Source: Acidobacteria bacterium SCN 69-37 (GTDB lineage: Bacteria; Acidobacteriota; Vicinamibacteria; Vicinamibacterales; SCN-69-37). Taken from it: 64,000 bases of DNA. The position numbers and the translations under genes are program-made. The notes beneath the pieces are model-generated. The model saw only the letters and a program-made list of their open reading frames with translations, searched no databases and was not told the DNA's origin. This document shows, one piece after another, positions 62,774 to 64,000 of the stretch (its first letter is position 1; each line of letters begins with the position of its first letter). The DNA lies in NCBI GenBank assembly GCA_001724025.1, contig MEDJ01000007.1:18595-82594 (forward strand), in the 5' to 3' direction.

Positions 62774-63934
62774 ATGCGCATCGCACGTATCCGTCCTCCT
62801 GCTGTTCCTGTTTCGCGGCGATCCCGCCGGCGGGGACTGCTCCCCGTTGTGTCGTGTGGCCTGCTGGCCCTCCTGGCAGCCGCCTGTGGCGGTGGCGCGC
62901 CGGCCGGTCCACCGGCCGGGGCCGGCGGCATGACCGGGGTGCCGGTCGACGCCATCACCCTGGAGACGACGTCGGTCGAGCAGACGGCCGAGTTCGTCGG
63001 CACCATCCGTTCGCGGCGGACCACCGTCATCCAGCCGCAGGCCGAGGGCTTCCTCGTCCGCATTCTCGTGAGGTCGGGCACGCGGGTGACGGCCGGGACG
63101 CCGCTGTTCGAGATTGACGCTCCTGCCGAGCGGGCCGCGCTCGCGGCGATCGAGTCGACGCGCGCCGCGCGCGAGGCCGACGCCGAGTTCGCGCGTCAAC
63201 AGGCCGACCGCGCCAAGGCGCTGCTGGCGGTGGGCGCGATGAGCCAGCAGGAGTTCGAGCAGGCGTCGACGGCGCTCCGCACGGCCGAGGCGCAGCTGCG
63301 TGCCGTGGACGAGCAGATCCGCCAGCAGCAGGCGCAGCTGGCGTATTTCCGCGTGGTCGCCCCGGCGGCCGGCGTCGTCGGCGACGTGCCGGTGCGCGTG
63401 GGCGAGCGCGTCACGCGCACCACGGTGCTCACGACGCTCGACGACAATTCGACGCTCGAGCTGTACGTCAACGTGCCCGTGCAGCAGGCGAGCCTCCTGC
63501 GGCTCGGCCTCCCTGTGCGCATCCTCTCGTCGTCGGGCGAAGTGGTGGCCACCGAGTCGGTCAACTACGTCTCGGCGTCTGTCGATGACGCGACGCAGAC
63601 AATCCTGATCAAGACGCCCGTGCGCAGCGCCGGTCAGTTCCGCACCGAGCAGACGGTGCGGGCCGTGGTGGTGTTCGCCGAGGCGCCGGGCCTGATCGTG
63701 CCCGTCGTGGCGGCCACGCGCATCAACGGCCGGTACTTCGTCTTCGTGGCCGACACGGCCGATGGCGCCACGGTGGCGCGCCAGCGGGCCATCGAGGTCG
63801 GCCGGGTGGTCGGCAACGGCTACGTCGTGACCAGCGGTCTGTCGGCGGGCGATCGCCTCATCGTCGGCGGCATCCAGAAGATCGGCGACGGCGCGCCGGT
63901 CATGATCATGCCGGCGGCCGAAGGGGGGCAGTAA
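62774..63934 (+). CDS. RND efflux periplasmic adaptor (membrane fusion protein), lipoprotein
   Basis: Lipobox LLAAAC, coiled-coil hairpin (AEAQLRAVDEQIRQQQAQLAY), beta-barrel/HlyD_D23-like C-terminus. Confidence 0.9.
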   Translation: MRIARIRPPAVPVSRRSRRRGLLPVVSCGLLALLAAACGGGAPAGPPAGAGGMTGVPVDAITLETTSVEQTAEFVGTIRSRRTTVIQPQAEGFLVRILVRSGTRVTAGTPLFEIDAPAERAALAAIESTRAAREADAEFARQQADRAKALLAVGAMSQQEFEQASTALRTAEAQLRAVDEQIRQQQAQLAYFRVVAPAAGVVGDVPVRVGERVTRTTVLTTLDDNSTLELYVNVPVQQASLLRLGLPVRILSSSGEVVATESVNYVSASVDDATQTILIKTPVRSAGQFRTEQTVRAVVVFAEAPGLIVPVVAATRINGRYFVFVADTADGATVARQRAIEVGRVVGNGYVVTSGLSAGDRLIVGGIQKIGDGAPVMIMPAAEGGQ

Positions 63935-64000
63935 GTGTTCAGCGACGTCTTCATCCGCAGGCCGGTCCTGTCGTCGGTCTGCTCGCTGCTGATCGTCCTC
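63935..64000 (+). CDS. RND efflux permease (AcrB-like), 5' fragment running out of the window
   Basis: GTG directly after the MFP stop. VFSDVFIRRPVLSSVCSLLIVL is the canonical AcrB-family N-terminus. Confidence 0.75.
   Translation, partial: MFSDVFIRRPVLSSVCSLLIVL

Noticed and set aside
62600-62774. Partial dyads (TGGAT...ATCCA, TGGATGGAT) in the AraC/RND divergent region, considered as a specific operator.
   Set aside because: The symmetry is short and imperfect. It is plausible but not distinguishable from chance by eye.

Overview
High-GC bacterial chromosomal segment. Gene content and repeat style suggest an Acidobacteriota-like soil bacterium, but that is inference only. I can support about 65 protein-coding genes and one tRNA-Pro(TGG). 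I see no rRNA, CRISPR array, transposase or integrase.

Conserved blocks:
- tex (5' partial) and an ABC-2 exporter
- the alpha-2-macroglobulin/pbpC pair
- cysH plus small redox proteins
- a desaturase/histidine-kinase/response-regulator operon
- tctCBA, trxC and a plastid-type GPAT
- argC, a GAF-fused alpha-glucan phosphorylase and rdgB
- an ECF-sigma/Ser-Thr-kinase/amidase/GerMN/rph operon
- AraC plus an RND efflux pump (3' partial)

Accessory stretch: from about 32.45 to 40.93 kb the sequence is visibly more A/T-rich and packed with toxin-antitoxin-like modules.
- The modules are MNT/HEPN, a decayed antitoxin/RelE-ParE pair, a MazG-like gene, AbrB/PIN, DUF4160/DUF2442 and membrane-XRE-GNAT.
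- It also holds a wHTH-TPR regulator, two single-base frameshifts, a duplicated promoter/5'-gene segment and its own palindromic repeat family.
- A dynamin-like GTPase, a kinase-fold gene and tRNA-Pro follow it.

Non-coding structure that the genes do not explain:
1. A hairpin repeat family at six loci, with an invariant CTTCAG/CTGAAG loop and compensatory stem changes.
2. A (GGCTACC)x5 tandem repeat on the predicted promoter of the A2M-pbpC operon.
3. Purine-rich repeats or hairpins at three convergent gene ends.
4. Many -10-like hexamers only 5-9 nt upstream of start codons, implying leaderless mRNAs.

I could not recognise a complete, clearly novel multi-gene machine. The best candidates for uncharacterised biology are the TA-dense island with its repeat-bounded modules, the membrane-XRE-GNAT and DUF4160/DUF2442 pairs, and the two palindromic repeat families.

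Limits: all product calls come from motif recognition by eye. Several start codons are uncertain. No database searches or computations were run.
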